Assembly: GCA_964188305.1 (NCBI GenBank) | Contig: OZ076888.1 | Source: Podarcis bocagei | Lineage: Eukaryota | Reading direction: 5' to 3' (one strand) | Length of the DNA: 64,000 nucleotides | Part shown: piece by piece, positions 22,341-35,577 of the stretch | Layout: every line of letters begins with the position of its first letter | Position numbering within the stretch: position 1 is the stretch's first letter | Position numbers and translations under genes: made by a program | The notes under the pieces: model-generated | Databases searched by the model: none | Told to the model about the DNA's origin: nothing | The model's input: only the letters and a program-made list of their open reading frames with translations

Positions 22341-25300
22341 AGTAAAAAAAAAAGTAAAACACAAAGTGGTTCTAAAAAAAGGGAGGGGAAGAGAGGGATC
22401 AGGTAAGCAACAGTCACAGAAATAACATGCACCAAGCTTTTTCCTTTGGTCTAGTGTTGTGTGTCCCTGGCGCCAATCTCGTGCACTCCCATAACTATGG
22501 GCAGGAGAGTTAAGAATGACCAGGGGTGGAAGTGGGCGGAGATGGCTTGTTCTCTTGGAATGCACAACAATCTCCCAAGTGAACGTGGAAGCCATAAACT
22601 CCCTTCTGCAAACAATCCAAAGTATCATACAGAGCTGGAATGCGTCCTCCCCAAATTCTTGAGTGTGCTCTTTTGTTTTCTTGCATGCGGATAAACAGGA
22701 GGAACTGGAGCTAAGGCTAGACCAGGCTGGCAGATATCAGGCAGTCCCTCCTCTAGCAATGGGGCTGTTATTTCCAAAGCGGCTTGAGCAGGGTGCTGAA
22801 CTAGGCTGGGCATTGGCTGCACTCTGGTCACAAGTCACTCAAGGAGAGGCTTCTCTGCTCAGCGCTTGCACAGCCAGAGGGACGGGGCTAAGAAAATCTG
22901 ACCAGCTTGGCAGGATGGGCACATCAAGCACTAGCTGCACAAAGGAGAACTCAGGGTGGTCAAGGAGAAGGTGGTGAGCCACTGTGGCTATCAGAGCCAT
23001 GTTTGCTCTGCCATCTGGTTCTTCCTGCATTGGCTGAAATGATAACTCATTCCTGTTCCTAGTCCTCCTTGTTCAGCTATACCCTGTTAACCCCAGGGAT
23101 ATGTAGTCAGCCTGGCTACATCTCTCCACCAGAGAGAGCTTTTCTCCTTTACAGGATATTCAGCCACTCCCAGTCAAACTCCTCTGGAAATTACTTATCC
23201 GCACCCCAGAAGACAAGACCCTGCTTCGCTGACCTTTTTTGCTCCTGGGCAAATATTGCAGGGTATTTGCAATGAAGTTCTTTTTAAAAACACTTTACCT
23301 CCAGGAAGCTAGTGGGCAGCATAAAGCTTAATTTATCAGGGGGGGTTTCCACAGCAGGTATGGAGGGCATCGCTCTCCGCAAGTGGAGATGCTGCTCTCT
23401 GAAGAGCCCATCTGCAGAAAAGGTCCTAGGCTATTTGGATGTGAGAGTAGAGGGTGGGCATTTGGGCCGGGCTTTTTCCTCACTTCCAAAAGCAGCTTGA
23501 GTACAGATTTTTAAAGATGTGTGGGCTTGAGGGCACTGGATGGAGCAACTCTGGTGTTCAATTGCCTCCAAGCTACTTGCAACAGAAAGTGGACAGCTGG
23601 GTACTGCAAGATCAAAAAGGAAGGCTGGACTGAAAACAGGAACCAGGCATTAAAGAGAAATAGGATTCAAACTGAATCACATTTGGTTAGAAGCCATGAG
23701 GTGGAATGGAACTGAGACACCTGTAGAATGCAGGCATCTGGGAGCAGTCAAGGGACGCTGTCCATCAACTGACCCCATCCTTCGCTAACCTGGTGTCCTC
23801 CAGATATTTTGGACTACAACTCCCAACAGCCCTAGCCAGTGTGCTGGCCGAGGCTGATGGGAGCTGTAGTCCAAAATATCAGAAGGACATTAGGCTTGCA
23901 AATGATGGCCTACCCACATCATCCATGAGAAACAGTAGCCAGTAGGGCACTCTGCCAGCCAGGCCTGAAAGAAAAGCAATGGGGGTATCATGAGGACGGT
24001 GCTGCAGCCAGGCTCAAAGGCAGTACCACTGGGCCCTCAAGCAGCTTATGAAGCAGAAAAGCACAAGCTGGAGGAGGGCAGGCGGGGGTGGGGGGGAGAC
24101 TCAGGCAGCAAGGCCCAAACAAAAGGCACTCTCAAATCAGAGCTCAACCAGGAGCGACAAAGGCAATTGAGGGTGGGGTGGAAGGACATCCCAGGTCCCC
24201 ATGCAGCAGGGTCCCCCCCTGGGGGGGGAGGGAGGAGTGGGACTGGCAAGTAACTCGGAGCCCTGGTACAAGACTCAGCATCCCCAAGCAAATGGGCAGA
24301 CCCTGGTCTTGTATGGAGAAGAAGACATCCCCAGCTTACAGCAAGAGGAGTTCAAATATCTGGGAATGTCCTATAAAAATAACTTGGGCATCATTGTTAA
24401 TATATATTTACTTATACCCTGCCTATTTTCCATGACCGGACTCATCATGGAAGTGAAGGTGGGGCAGGAATGCAGATGACATCGTCTATAAACTGTGATA
24501 CGTTGGCTGTCCTGGTCCCCTTAAGGTTAGGGCACGTGACAGGGCATCAGGCAACCAATGCAGATGCCTGAGAAGCTTTGGCCTTTTAGTCTTCTTGGGG
24601 GGGGTGCTGGGGGGGGGCTCCTGCTTCCACAGCACAGAGGGAGACTACTTTTCCTCAGCAAGCCTAGCACAGTGTCTTCCCACAATGCCTTGGGTGAGAT
24701 CAGGCTAGGCCTGCATATCTTCTGTAATTCCACAAAATGGCTACCAGTCACATTTGCTAGATGCTACTTCCATACATCAGAAGCAGTTTGACACCAAATA
24801 CCAGCTTTTTTTGAGGTGCGTGTGGGTAAACTGCAGGGGAGGGCTGCTGGGCTCATACACTGCTTGTGAGCTTCCCTTAGGTTGGCCACTGTGGAAACAT
24901 AATATTGGCCTTTGGTCTAACCCAGCAGAGCTCTTCTGAACGTTCTTTAGCACTGAAATAAGCAATAAATGTGGGACCAGAATTCAGCATCCTGAGAATC
25001 AATGTTGGGTCTTACCGCTATTTATCATTCTTATTATTGCTGTCCTTATGACTATAAAAAAATAGTTTGTGTGGACCTTACAAAACAACCTTCCCTTTAC
25101 AACTACTGTAAGCAGCACAAATTATGCAAACAAAGTGCATGTGTGCAAGTTTGCTTAATTTGTACAACTTGTCAGAGTCACAGCATCTGGGGTTCTCTCG
25201 GTGGCTTTGGATTGTATGTCCCCGTCCCCCATTTATTTTAAAGATTCACCTTACCCAGCCCAGGACTGGGACAAAGGTCAAAAGAGCATCCTGTAAAATG

Positions 25301-25986
25301 CTTCTCCAGCCAGCCTAAAAACAGGCGATGCTAATTCCTTCCCACCAGTTAAGTGGATCAGCTGGCTGTCAGCAAGGCCAACTTAGCCTAACTTCCAGCC
25401 AGGTGGTGGCTGAGGGCCAGCTGGGTCACTTCATACAGGTAGTGGCAGAAGAGAGAGCTTCCTGCCTTCACCGTATCTCCAGCCCACAGAACAGGAGGCA
25501 AAACAGTGGTAGCCATTTTCTACCACAGCCAACACCTTTGTGGGAGGCTGAGGAGCATTAGGACCTAGAGGGCAGCTGCTTCCTCATGGGGAGGGGTGGG
25601 GAATGGAGGAGGAGGAGGAGGAGGAGCTGCTGCTGCTACAACATTCCAAAGGGCGGGCTTAGTTAGAGGTTAGTCCCGCCTCCCTACAAGGCAGGTCTGG
25701 AAAATACTGACAAAATCCTTAGCAGCCTCTACCTCCCAGTGAAACTGCCTGGCTTCTGGTCCTTGTCTTATCTCAATGGCAGTGAAATCTGTTAAGCTGG
25801 TGGGGGTGGGGGAGTTCCCCAGACAAGTTAAGTAATGGAACAAGTGCTACCCAGTGGGATTCAGGTATAGCAGACCTCCCTCCACCACTGGACCCAAGCT
25901 CACTCCGTTCTCACGTCCGATGGAGCACGCTCCCTTGTCTGCGGCCGCGCAGCCTATTCACCAAGGCCTTCTTCCGCCAGGCACGG

Positions 25987-26655
25987 TCAGATCTCGGTGG
26001 CGGCAATCTCCTCGAAGCAGATGCCTTCGCCCCCGTGCATCTCGTACTCCTCCATGTCCCGGGCCTCGAGTTCGAGGCTGAGGTGGCGCAGCTGGCTCTC
26101 CAAGTCACGGTTGTGCCGGTACATCTGGATATAGTTGTGCTGCAGCTGCTTCTGGTAGCGGATGACCCTGTCCTTTTCCCCTTGCCAAGTGACGCGCTCG
26201 GCGTGGAAAGCTTCCCGCTGCTCCTCGCTGCGCCGGCGCTCGCACAGCAGCTCAGCGCGCAGCCGTTCGGCCTGGGAGCGCAAGCCCTGCAGGGTATCGG
26301 CTGCCTGGCGCTGGGCCTTGGCCTCGTCGCACTCGGCCAACAGGGGGCAGAGCTCCCCGCCCGCACTGCGCAGTCCCTCCAACTCGTGCTCCAGCCGCCC
26401 CACCTTCTCGCGCAGCAGCTCCGCCTCGCTCTTGCGCCTGGCCAGCTCGTTGGCACAGACCTCCAGCTCCAAGGACTTGGTGTGGGCCACTTCCTGCAAG
26501 CCCAGCACCTGCTCTTCACCAGCCTGCAGCTCAGCCCTCGCTTCCCTCAGCTGGGCCCTCAGAAGCACCAGCTCGTTGCCCCGCTGAGCCACCTCCGCCT
26601 GCGATTCCTTCAGCTGCTGTTTCAGTAGCGAGATCTCGCCAGACTTCTGGCACAC
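25987..26655 (-). CDS. LZTS2: LZTS2 terminal coding exon (Fez1 domain, C-terminal PDZ-binding motif TEI)
   Basis: caccag acceptor; VCQKSGEISLLKQQLKE...WQGEKDRVIRYQKQLQHNYIQMYRHN...FEEIAATEI then TGA. The spliced CDS is 638 aa. Confidence 0.96.
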   Translation of the reverse strand: MCQKSGEISLLKQQLKESQAEVAQRGNELVLLRAQLREARAELQAGEEQVLGLQEVAHTKSLELEVCANELARRKSEAELLREKVGRLEHELEGLRSAGGELCPLLAECDEAKAQRQAADTLQGLRSQAERLRAELLCERRRSEEQREAFHAERVTWQGEKDRVIRYQKQLQHNYIQMYRHNRDLESQLRHLSLELEARDMEEYEMHGGEGICFEEIAATEI

Positions 26656-26786
26656 CTGGTGGGAGTGAAACAAGATGCATCAGCTGACCTGGAAGATGCC
26701 ACAGATTCTGGCCCAGCAAAGCAAGAGGCCTGGTTGGATTAAGAATGTAAGAAGAGCTCTGCTGGATCAGGCCAGTGGACTGTCTA

Positions 26787-26942
26787 GTCATAGAAAAATC
26801 ATAGACATCATAGTTGGAAGGGACCAAGGGGATCGTCTAGTCCACTCCCCCTGCAATGCAGGAATCTTCTGCCCAATGTGGGGCTTGAACCCACAACCCC
26901 GAGGTTAAGAGTCTCATGCTCTACCAACCGAGCTATCCCAGC
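26787..26942 (-). mobile_element. SINE with a tRNA-Lys(CTT)-derived head and CR1-type 3' tail
   Basis: 26942-26870 reads GCTGGGATAGCTCGGTTGGTAGAGCATGAGACTCTTAACCTCGGGGTTGTGGGTTCAAGCCCCACATTGGGCA, followed by a CR1 3'UTR-like tail. The acceptor stem is broken. Confidence 0.8.
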
Positions 26943-27464
26943 ATCCTGTTCTCACCCCAAAAGACCCAAACATCTCTGCTCGACATCTTCTGAACAGTGC
27001 CCAAAATGATGTGTTTTGAGGATTTGAGAGAGAACTAAAAAGTATGCCAGGGATTATTCCCAAGCCCATGGTGAAAGCTATACTTCTCTATACCAGCTTC
27101 TTCAACAACCAGAGGCTGATGGGCTCAAACTCCCATCAGTCAGCAGGGTGAAAGGTCAGGGATGATGGGAGTTGTTGTCAGCTAACATCTGTAGGGCAGC
27201 TGGATAGGAAGGCTGCTCTGGACTGTCCTCCAATTCAGCCAGAAAGGTATAACTAGTGATGTGGAGGGGGTAACTTCCCTGGATAGACTAAAGACAGGTG
27301 TTTAAAGACTTCTAAGGGGAAATAAGGCAAGAGGGAACCTCCAGAATCTCTGAAAGCAGCACAGCCAGCCCTCTGCTTGCGGTGCAACCTTGTGCACTAT
27401 ACAACTTTCAAACCTGGGGGCAGGGGAGATAGGGAAGCCCCTCTTTCCCACAGCCTGGGCTCAC

Positions 27465-27734
27465 CTCCCATTTGGTCTCTTCCAAGCGGGGCCCCAGCTC
27501 CGTGTGCTCTCGCTCAAAGGAGGCGCAGCGCTTCTCCAGCAGCTCCCGCTCGGCCAGCAGCTGTGCAAAATCCTCCTGGAGTTTCTTCTTCTCCTGCTGC
27601 AGCTGGAAGATCTGGAGCTGCAGCACCTGCTGGCTGCGCTGGGCCTTCTGCGCTGACTGCTGGAGCTTGGCGGTGTAGCCCTGCCGCAGCTCTTCCATCT
27701 CTTCCTCGCAGCGCCTCTGCTTCTCCTCGTACAC
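27465..27734 (-). CDS. LZTS2: LZTS2 coding exon 3 (coiled coil/leucine zipper)
   Basis: ttccag/gtgagc; 270 nt; VYEEKQRRCEEEMEELRQ...LQLQIFQLQQEKKKLQEDF...PRLEETKWE. Confidence 0.96.
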
Positions 27735-27934
27735 CTGGAAGGAAAGCACCCCTTTTCATCAACCCCCAGGTCACTGCTTGCATTAGGAAAGCTCTGCCGC
27801 CGCTTGCAGCTTCTGTGTTTTAATTCAGTTGGCACCAACATACCAGAATTTCCACTACCCCTCCCAGGGATCAGACCTGTCAAATTTCAGGCAGGTGGGA
27901 GGAGGGAAACAGTCCCTGTTTTGCATACTTTTTT

Positions 27935-28290
27935 TTAAGGCTGATAAATAGCTCTTACCATTAATAATTTTCTCCTAATGTTTAGCTGAAATCTGCTTCC
28001 TTGCCATTTCCACCCATTGGTGCAAGTTCTGCCCTCTGGAGCAACAGAGAACACATCTGTTTCTTGATCTGAGTGACAGCCCTTCTGATAGTCAAAGGCA
28101 GCTATCATGTCTCCTCTTAAATTTCTCTTCTCCAGGCTAAACACATCCAGCTCTTTCAACCGTTCTTCATATGACTTGGTTCCTCCACATCTCAGCATCC
28201 TGGTTGCCTTCCACGGAACATTCTCCAGCTTGCCTGTATCCCCCTTAAAACACGGCATCCAGGACTGCATGCAGTAGTCCAGATTCAACT
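27935..28290 (-). mobile_element. CR1 LINE ORF2 C-terminal fragment
   Basis: LDYCMQSWMP...KLENV..KATRM...SYEERLKELDVFSLEKRNLRGDMI. Confidence 0.9.
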
Positions 28291-29136
28291 AGCGCACAAT
28301 AATGAAACTATAACATTTTGTGCTCTGGATACTACGCTCCTGATCACACATCCTAGTCAGCATGGGAGGGGATGCAGCCAACCACTGGGTCTCAACAGAA
28401 AGATTACAATAATAGCAGCCTGCAAGCGCCCAAAATTACAACTAATTCACCTAGATGATAACAAAGTGCAAACTGGGTTCCAGGAACAGATTATTATGCT
28501 GTCTGGAAAAGCAAGATGACAGACTGGAAACATTTGTGAAATCATGACTCTGGTAACAAGACACACAACAATGCTCCTTTATTAGATTATGTAGACCTTA
28601 TTTATGATTACTCATTTTTGTCCGTCACAATAGGATGCTGCGAGACAAACAGTTGCGGAACTTGTTCATGTCATAGTACGGAAGCTGCCAAGAAGGGGAG
28701 TGGCAAATCTGCACACTGGAAACCAAGTTATGCTGCTAATTCCTGCAAGGACTAGTTCCCAGCATGCAGTGCTGCCAGCCTAGTCAACATTGACAACACA
28801 CTGCACCTTGAGATAGGCAGTGTACCCCTTTCTGCCTTGAGGTGAATTTAACCTAATTGTGCCACAAAGGAGCTCCCAGTTGCTTGACGTTATTGGAGAT
28901 GAACCTGCCGGTTCCTGCCCTACAGCAACTGCCTCATGAAAGCTGCCTGGTAAAACGAGAAGCTGCTGCCGCTCCAAGCACCAACAAAGGCAGTCCCACA
29001 GTAGAAGCAGCCTTTCGAAAACCAAAGAAACCCTCTCCTTGGTGAGAAACACAAGCGCTCCCCCTGCTGCATCAGACCTGCCACGCGGGGCCACCTCCTG
29101 GACCACGAGACAAGCGGGAAACCCCCAGCAGCTTAC

Positions 29137-29733
29137 CTGGCAAATGGCCACCTCATTCTCATCCAGGCTCTCCCTCAGGTGCTGCAGCTCAACCTCACGC
29201 TCCCGCAACTTCTCCTCGAGTTCGTGAATGAGGAGGGCTTCATCCGCTCCGCTGTGCACAGGCGAACGCCCCCCGCAGGAGCCGCTGTCGGAGGAATGGT
29301 GGCCCCGGCCGCTCAGAGAGCCCGTGCTCTTGCTCGACGACGAGCGGCCACTGTCCGAGTTTGAAGGCCCCGTGAGGCCACGCGAACCGCCTCCTCCGCT
29401 GCCGCCGCCGTCCAGGGTGATGTGGCCCATGGAGATGCTGACTGGCTCCATCTGCTGGCTGCATCCAGTACTGTAGGTGGGGAGGCTCGAGAGGGAGTTG
29501 CGCCCCGAGTCCGACATGGTCCCCGAGTGAGAGCTGGTTCGGCAGCTCATGGAGTTGTGCTTCTCGGTGCTGCCCACAGGGGCACCGCCAAAGAGCTGGG
29601 CGAGACTAGCTTGGCTCTCGGAGAGCACGGAGGCACCGGGACGCAGAGCCAAGTGCCCCTGCAGTGGGCCATTGCGGTTCTTGGGCATGACTGGCTTGAA
29701 GGCCGTGGGCCGGATAAGCGTCTTCTCCATGGC
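29137..29733 (-). CDS. LZTS2: LZTS2 coding exon 2
   Basis: ttttag/gtaagc; 597 nt; AMEKTLIRPTAFKPV...SDSGRNSLSSLPTYST...LRESLDENEVAICQ. Confidence 0.96.
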
Positions 29734-30681
29734 CTAAAAAACAGCACACAGGCACAGGATTGCTAGGGTGGAGGTTGATACCGGAAACTTAAATCAATGG
29801 ATAATGAACCCTCTCCACCTTATCAAACTTTTGGCAGGCATGTACTCCATATATCACAAGAGAGGTAATGGGCCTTGTCTAATCTCAGTCAAGATTAGAA
29901 GGGCTGTTTCTGAACTTCTGAACTTCTTTCGAGGATGGACCTACCCGCCTTCTCCTCAGCTGTCACAACCCTCTCCTAAGCAAGGAGGAACACTATGGTG
30001 ACTATGGTGCTACTTGTAGTAACTGATGTGGTGCGACTATGGCTGCCCTTTTTTAGCTGATACAGACAAAAGGCAATCAGGAGCACCATCTAGCAACATG
30101 GATAAGAGAGCCCATGAATAGTTGCCCCCACCCCCTACGGTTTAAAATAAAGATGGCGTTTCTGGCACTTGTAGAAGCTGAGCTATGAGGCAAAATGTAG
30201 AGACACTATTCTTATTTTGTGGGTCATGAGAAACTAACCTGCTCCCTCTTTCAGTGCTTTAATATGCCCCTGGGAAAATTCCTGCAGAAACCCATGGACA
30301 CCCTGTCATGATTTTGCCTTAGCTGCATACACCTTCCTGGGTTTAACTGGGTGACATTATAGGTGCACTGAGAAGGATGAACTCCTGTGTCCAGTATGCA
30401 TTTCTCTCAAGACAGAATCAGGATAGAGATGAACAATGGAGGAAGAGGATCCTTATTAGCCTTTTGATAGGGCTGAGGAAACATTCGTCAACTAGAACAA
30501 CTCTCCGCAGCCTGGTAGCCTTCAGGTAATTTAGGACTACAGCTCCCATCAGCCCTAGTACAGCATATCCAATGGTCAGGGATGGTGGGAGTTGTAGTCC
30601 AAATATCTGGAGGGCACCAAATAGGGGAAGGCTGATCTAGACAGACCAGCTTGTTCTGCCCAAAGCACGCTCTCTGCTTAC

Positions 30682-31062
30682 CTTCTCAAGTTTCCCCGAG
30701 ACAGGCACCAACTTGGGGGGTGGTCCGCGGATGGTGCCAACTCGGGGCTTGTCATCCTGCAGGTCTTCCGTGTCACTACAGGGGCTGATGGGAGACACCT
30801 CTTCGGCCCAGTCCTCTTCGCTTACGTAAGCATAGCTGCTCTTCTTGGTGGGAAGTCCATGGCACAGGGGCTCTTGGGAACCAGCTCCGCCAGGCAGGCG
30901 GAAAGGGCCAAACTCTGTTGTGGCTTTGTGGCAAGGCCGGCCGGAGATTAGGCTGCTGACACTGCCCATGGCTGCAGGGGACGGGCAGGCACTCGTGTGG
31001 AGCTGGGCAGCCCCTTCAGAGGCGGACTCAATGGAGACAGGCAGGGTCTGCACTATGGCCAT
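30682..31062 (-). CDS. LZTS2: LZTS2 first coding exon (the exon itself starts at 31092)
   Basis: ATG in gacatcATGG context; MAIVQTLPV...MGSVSSLISGRP...IRGPPPKLVPVSGKLEK; gtaagc donor; acceptor ctctttcag 30 nt upstream of the ATG. Confidence 0.95.
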
Positions 31063-34000
31063 GATGTCCGCAGGAGGGGCTTTGCGCGTGGTCTGAAAGA
31101 GAGAAGGGATTGGCTGCTAAGAACATGACCAGGAAATCACCACATCAGCAGGGCCCACCAAAAAGAGGCAGCATAAGCAGCCTCTGACGCAAGGGTCTGT
31201 TCTCAGAGTTGGTTCTCCTTTGAGGAGAAGAAAAAGAAGGCCTCGCCTGGGAATGACAGCACTGACCACTGAGGAATCGGACCACACAAAGGAGCCCATC
31301 AGCTCTCAACCTCCACACTCTGCCAGGCCAGAGGTCAATGGGAAAGGTCCCTTTGAGCTGCTATGTGGGGAGACGATCAAAGGTGGCTTAGGGGAGAAAG
31401 AGAAGCCTTGGCAGCAAGGAGGCAAAAAGCAAAATAGAAAACAGGCCAAGGAGCAGAGTTTGTGTTCCATAGTTCATTTACACTGGAAAAGTTAAGTCAG
31501 TCTCTTTCCTGCCAGGGAAATACTGGCATTCAGAAAATCCCAGTCTAAAAGCAAATCAAATTCCCCCAATATCACTGCCAGGCAATGATATTTAAGGTTA
31601 AAGATAGCTTCCAAAACACAAAGGAGGAGAGATCTCCCTTGCAGAGCAGGTCCGGAGCCTACCTTGCACTTGCGGAGAAGGGTGTTTTGCTTCCTGGACT
31701 CCATCAAGCCAGGAAGACTCCCATGAGCTATTTTTACAGAATGCTATGGATGCTACAAATCCTCCTATTTCAACACATGTCCGGATGTAAATTTATATGC
31801 TCTACATATATAAAATAGTCCTGGAAGAATCAGCAGCAGTTACGTCCACTGCTTTCCTGCCCCACTGCAAAATACACCTGTGTGTATGTGGGGAGTGCCC
31901 TCTCAAGCTATCTCTACTGCACAGAGAAGTGGGAAAGTCCCCACCCAAGATGCAGCACACTTAGAGTGGGCAGGAGTGATAAGAAAGCTGCAAAACGTAC
32001 CTGCCATGCCTTATTACATAACAGCAGGGACGTAGGAACCACTATCATTTAAAGGGCACCTTTGATGGTGTTCAAAGAGTTTCAAAGGCTGGAAGGGAAC
32101 TGGATGGAGACCAGAGTGCCAACTCTTTCCACAGAGGCAGGTTTCCTTTCAGGCAGAACCTGCGGCCTCTTAGCTGTTGTTGGACTACAAATCCCATCAA
32201 CCAGCTATGCTAGGCAGGGCTGATGGAAGTTGAAGTTCAACCACAGGTTCCCCATCCCTGCTTTAGAGTTCCCACGCAATACTATGTTTCAGAGGCACAA
32301 CAACCCACTTGCCTAGGGCAAGTAGCAACAGCCCATGAAGTGCAAAGCCTCTCTCACAGCTAGAAAGGCTGTGTGTCTTTTCTGGCCCTTGAATCTAGGA
32401 GAGACAGCTGGGGTATTGTTTGTTCCTTCCAGGATGGCCATCCTGGCTGCCTCTCCTTGCTTCCAAGAGCCAGGACAGCCAGCTAGAGCTGCCTGCCAGT
32501 CTCCATGGAAAATGCCCATTGCCCAATTGCTTTTCCAACGTGGATTTCTTTTGCACACCTCTTCCTTTCTGCAGCTGAAGCCGGGAGCTCCAAGTGGGGC
32601 TGCAGACAACCACCCTGCTAATGTTACACAGAGGGAAACGACTAGCCTGCCATTTATACATACGGCTTCTGTTAATCCTTCCCGGAATTGCATGTGATTT
32701 TCCCCCTTCCGCAAGAAGCAGAACATGCTACGTGTTCGGTTTAGGAGGTACTGTAGTCAATGGGGAAGCCACCCACCTAGAACTGATAGGGGAGCTGGGG
32801 TGGAAGGAAGCAGAAGGATTCCGGGAGGCAATTTCTCCGCCATGCCACCAACGGAGAAGAGCAATGGGGGAGGGAAGCCCAAGTACAGCAGCACCTCCCC
32901 GCTCTCGGCTTCCCTCTCCCTTCGCTTCTGTCCGCAGAGCAGATTTCCTTTTTATAACCTACCCTCTGTGCTGTGCTTTAAATAGAAAGCGCCTGTGTCT
33001 CCCGCTCCTGCCAGCAGTTCAGGATCACCGAGCGGAACTAACTCGCATTTATTCCAACCCTAGGCACTAGACCAGCCCCTGCTCAGCTCCCATCTTGGGC
33101 AGTGCATGAGTACATGAGCATTTTTTTTAGAAAAGCAGAGGGGAATTGGGAGCGGAGAACGACTCTAATAGAACAGGATCTGCAACAGGAGAAAGACCTC
33201 AAAGGTAATACTTTGGCCTTGTTTTCCTTGCTTACCACAAGCCTTTGGTCTTGCGTAATGAAAGGCAGGCTCCCCAATGCTCCCCAGCGTAAAGGGATTT
33301 ATGCTTCACTACAATGTTTCAGAGAGCATCAACATGCAAAAGACTCTACCCTTGCTCACATATTTAAAGGGTGTTGAAGGGAACAGTTGCCAGATTGAGA
33401 TGCCCAGATTACAGTCTACAAATTCATGCAAAGAGATCAGAAATATCCTAGCCCAAGACAACTACAGGTTGTGGTGTGTGTGCCTTCTGTGTGCTATCAT
33501 CAACTCAAACATTCCCGATACAGCAACATATCTAAGAGGGAAAGAAACCACTGTCATAACTTTTGCGTTGCCATGTTTGAAATCCAGCTGCTCAGGCAGT
33601 GAGATGTGAATCGGAGGCATGTGAATGAGGCGAGAGAGCGGCTGAATGAACGGTGGCTACAGGTGCTACTGACTAACAAGTGAAAACATATGCAACACAT
33701 TTCTGTTAGTTCTTCACACCAGAAAGCAGCAAGATGATAGCAACTGAGGTTGTGGGATTTGCGCTCACAAAAATCTTCAGACAGGCACAACTGTTCAAAA
33801 TTGATTAGGTACCAACAATGTGGCCAATGCAGTACAGAATACACCAGTAGCAAGGTTAGGAAAGTGGCAAGAGACTGGGGCAAGTCAGCTGAATCTAAAG
33901 GTGCAGTTAAGGCTGGGGAAATTACATTGCTGAAGGAGCAGATATTGAGATGAAGGGACTTAAGGAGTGAGAGATGTGTGATGAACAGAAAATAGAAAGA

Positions 34001-35160
34001 TGCTCCAAGTACGGGATTCACAGCATGGCAAAATGACATAATGCAAGAACAGGAGGGAAGTAAAGGTACAAGGGAAAGGATTCAATTTCAGGGGTAACTT
34101 CTGCTGCATCCTACCTGGCTACATTTTTGCACAAAGTGAGCCGACTGCAAAACAAAAAACATCCTTTTAAAACATCTTCTAAAAGAAGCCAAAGCAGCTA
34201 ACTGTAAGAAAATGTTCCCAAACCACTTTGGCTTGTTTGTCTGGCTGACAATCTCGTAGCACTGTGATTTTGTAATGACTGCAAAGAATTTTAGATGACT
34301 GAGAATCTGTTCTCCTATTCAGCAAAAGGGCTGGGGAGAGGGGTGTATATGGAATAAGCGAGGCCACTGCAGGAGGAAGACCATCACTATCAGATCTTCT
34401 CAGGAAGTTCTTTCCAGTACACACACTTCAGGAGTAATTCCTGACAACTTCTACTTCCCCTGATTGTTAAAAAAGAAAAAAGAAAGCCCAGCGCTGAGTC
34501 ATGGGATGGGCTTTTGCTCCCAAACCCCACATTCCAGATGCATTTGTACAGTCCATGCAAATACGAATTAGATCACGATCTCTGTTTGTATATTCTGCTT
34601 CTGTTAAGTGGGGCTTTCAGAGAACTTGGATGTTTTGGCAAAGGGGCAAAGAAAGTGCACAGGGAAGGAGGGAGAGATTTACAAAACAGAGGTCAGAAAA
34701 ATGTGAGTCAGGTTCTCCAACATTTTTCCATAGCAAAGAAGGCTGGAAAGTTGTGCCTTCAACGAAAAAGACAAACCTGGAGGAGGTAGTTAATAATATG
34801 CAAGAACAAGTTTGAAATAGTAACATACAGGAAGAAATTTGGAAAGGAGTGACTGCTGCAGGAAGAGTTAACTCTAGTTTTTGTGAGGCCAAGAAGGGAT
34901 GTTTCTGGGAACAAGGCCTTGAATTTTGAAAATTCAAGCACACAAGAAGGAGACTGAAAATAGCAACACAGTCTTGATACTGGCCAGCGCCCTTGTGTCA
35001 AATGGGAAAATTATATCAACAAGGAAATTGCAGTCAGAGCCTAATCCTTTTTACTCTTATTTATGTTTACATATTTAAGACATTTATATATTGTTTAATC
35101 ATTCATGTTTATAAGTGGTGCACCTAAAAGCAAAACCCAGAAAATTAAGCAATAAATTCT

Positions 35161-35340
35161 GAATCATAGAATTGTAGACTTGGAAGGAACCCCTAGGGTC
35201 ATTGAGTCCAACCCCTTGCAATGCAGGGATCTCAGCTAAAGCATCCATGACAGATGGCCATCTAACCTCTGCTTAAAAACCTCCAATGAAAGAGAGTCCA
35301 CAATCTCCCAAAGGAGTCCATTCCACTACTGAGCAGCTCG
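35161..35340 (-). mobile_element. CR1 LINE 3' end
   Basis: gaatcatagaattgtaga tail; similar to 6675-6894. Confidence 0.75.
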
Positions 35341-35577
35341 TATAATTTATCATAAAACCAAACACTACCTTAAAATGCCCCCTCAAACAAGGAGGTCTTA
35401 GTCATGAGCCTGAAGTTCAGCAAGGAGGGTGCACATCTCATGTCAGGTGGCAAGGGATTCCACAGGCTACTACACCGAATGCACAACTTCTAGTGGTTAC
35501 AAGCGTTGCATCTGAACCACTCACCCATTGATCAAGCAGAAACACATAACCTAGGATTTCAGCCTTTCTGTGCACTA

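Noticed and set aside
26035-26628. 197-aa + strand ORF and other overlapping ORFs at the LZTS2 exons
   Set aside because: Antisense or alternative-frame shadows of GC-rich coiled-coil coding sequence, with no independent gene features.
26870-26942. tRNA-Lys(CTT) gene
   Set aside because: Acceptor stem is mispaired and the sequence is fused to a CR1 tail, so it is a SINE head.
28780-29136. Extension of the LZTS2 exon-2 ORF by ~118 codons into the intron
   Set aside because: A strong CAG|GTAAGC donor follows 29137 and the extension has no LZTS-like character.
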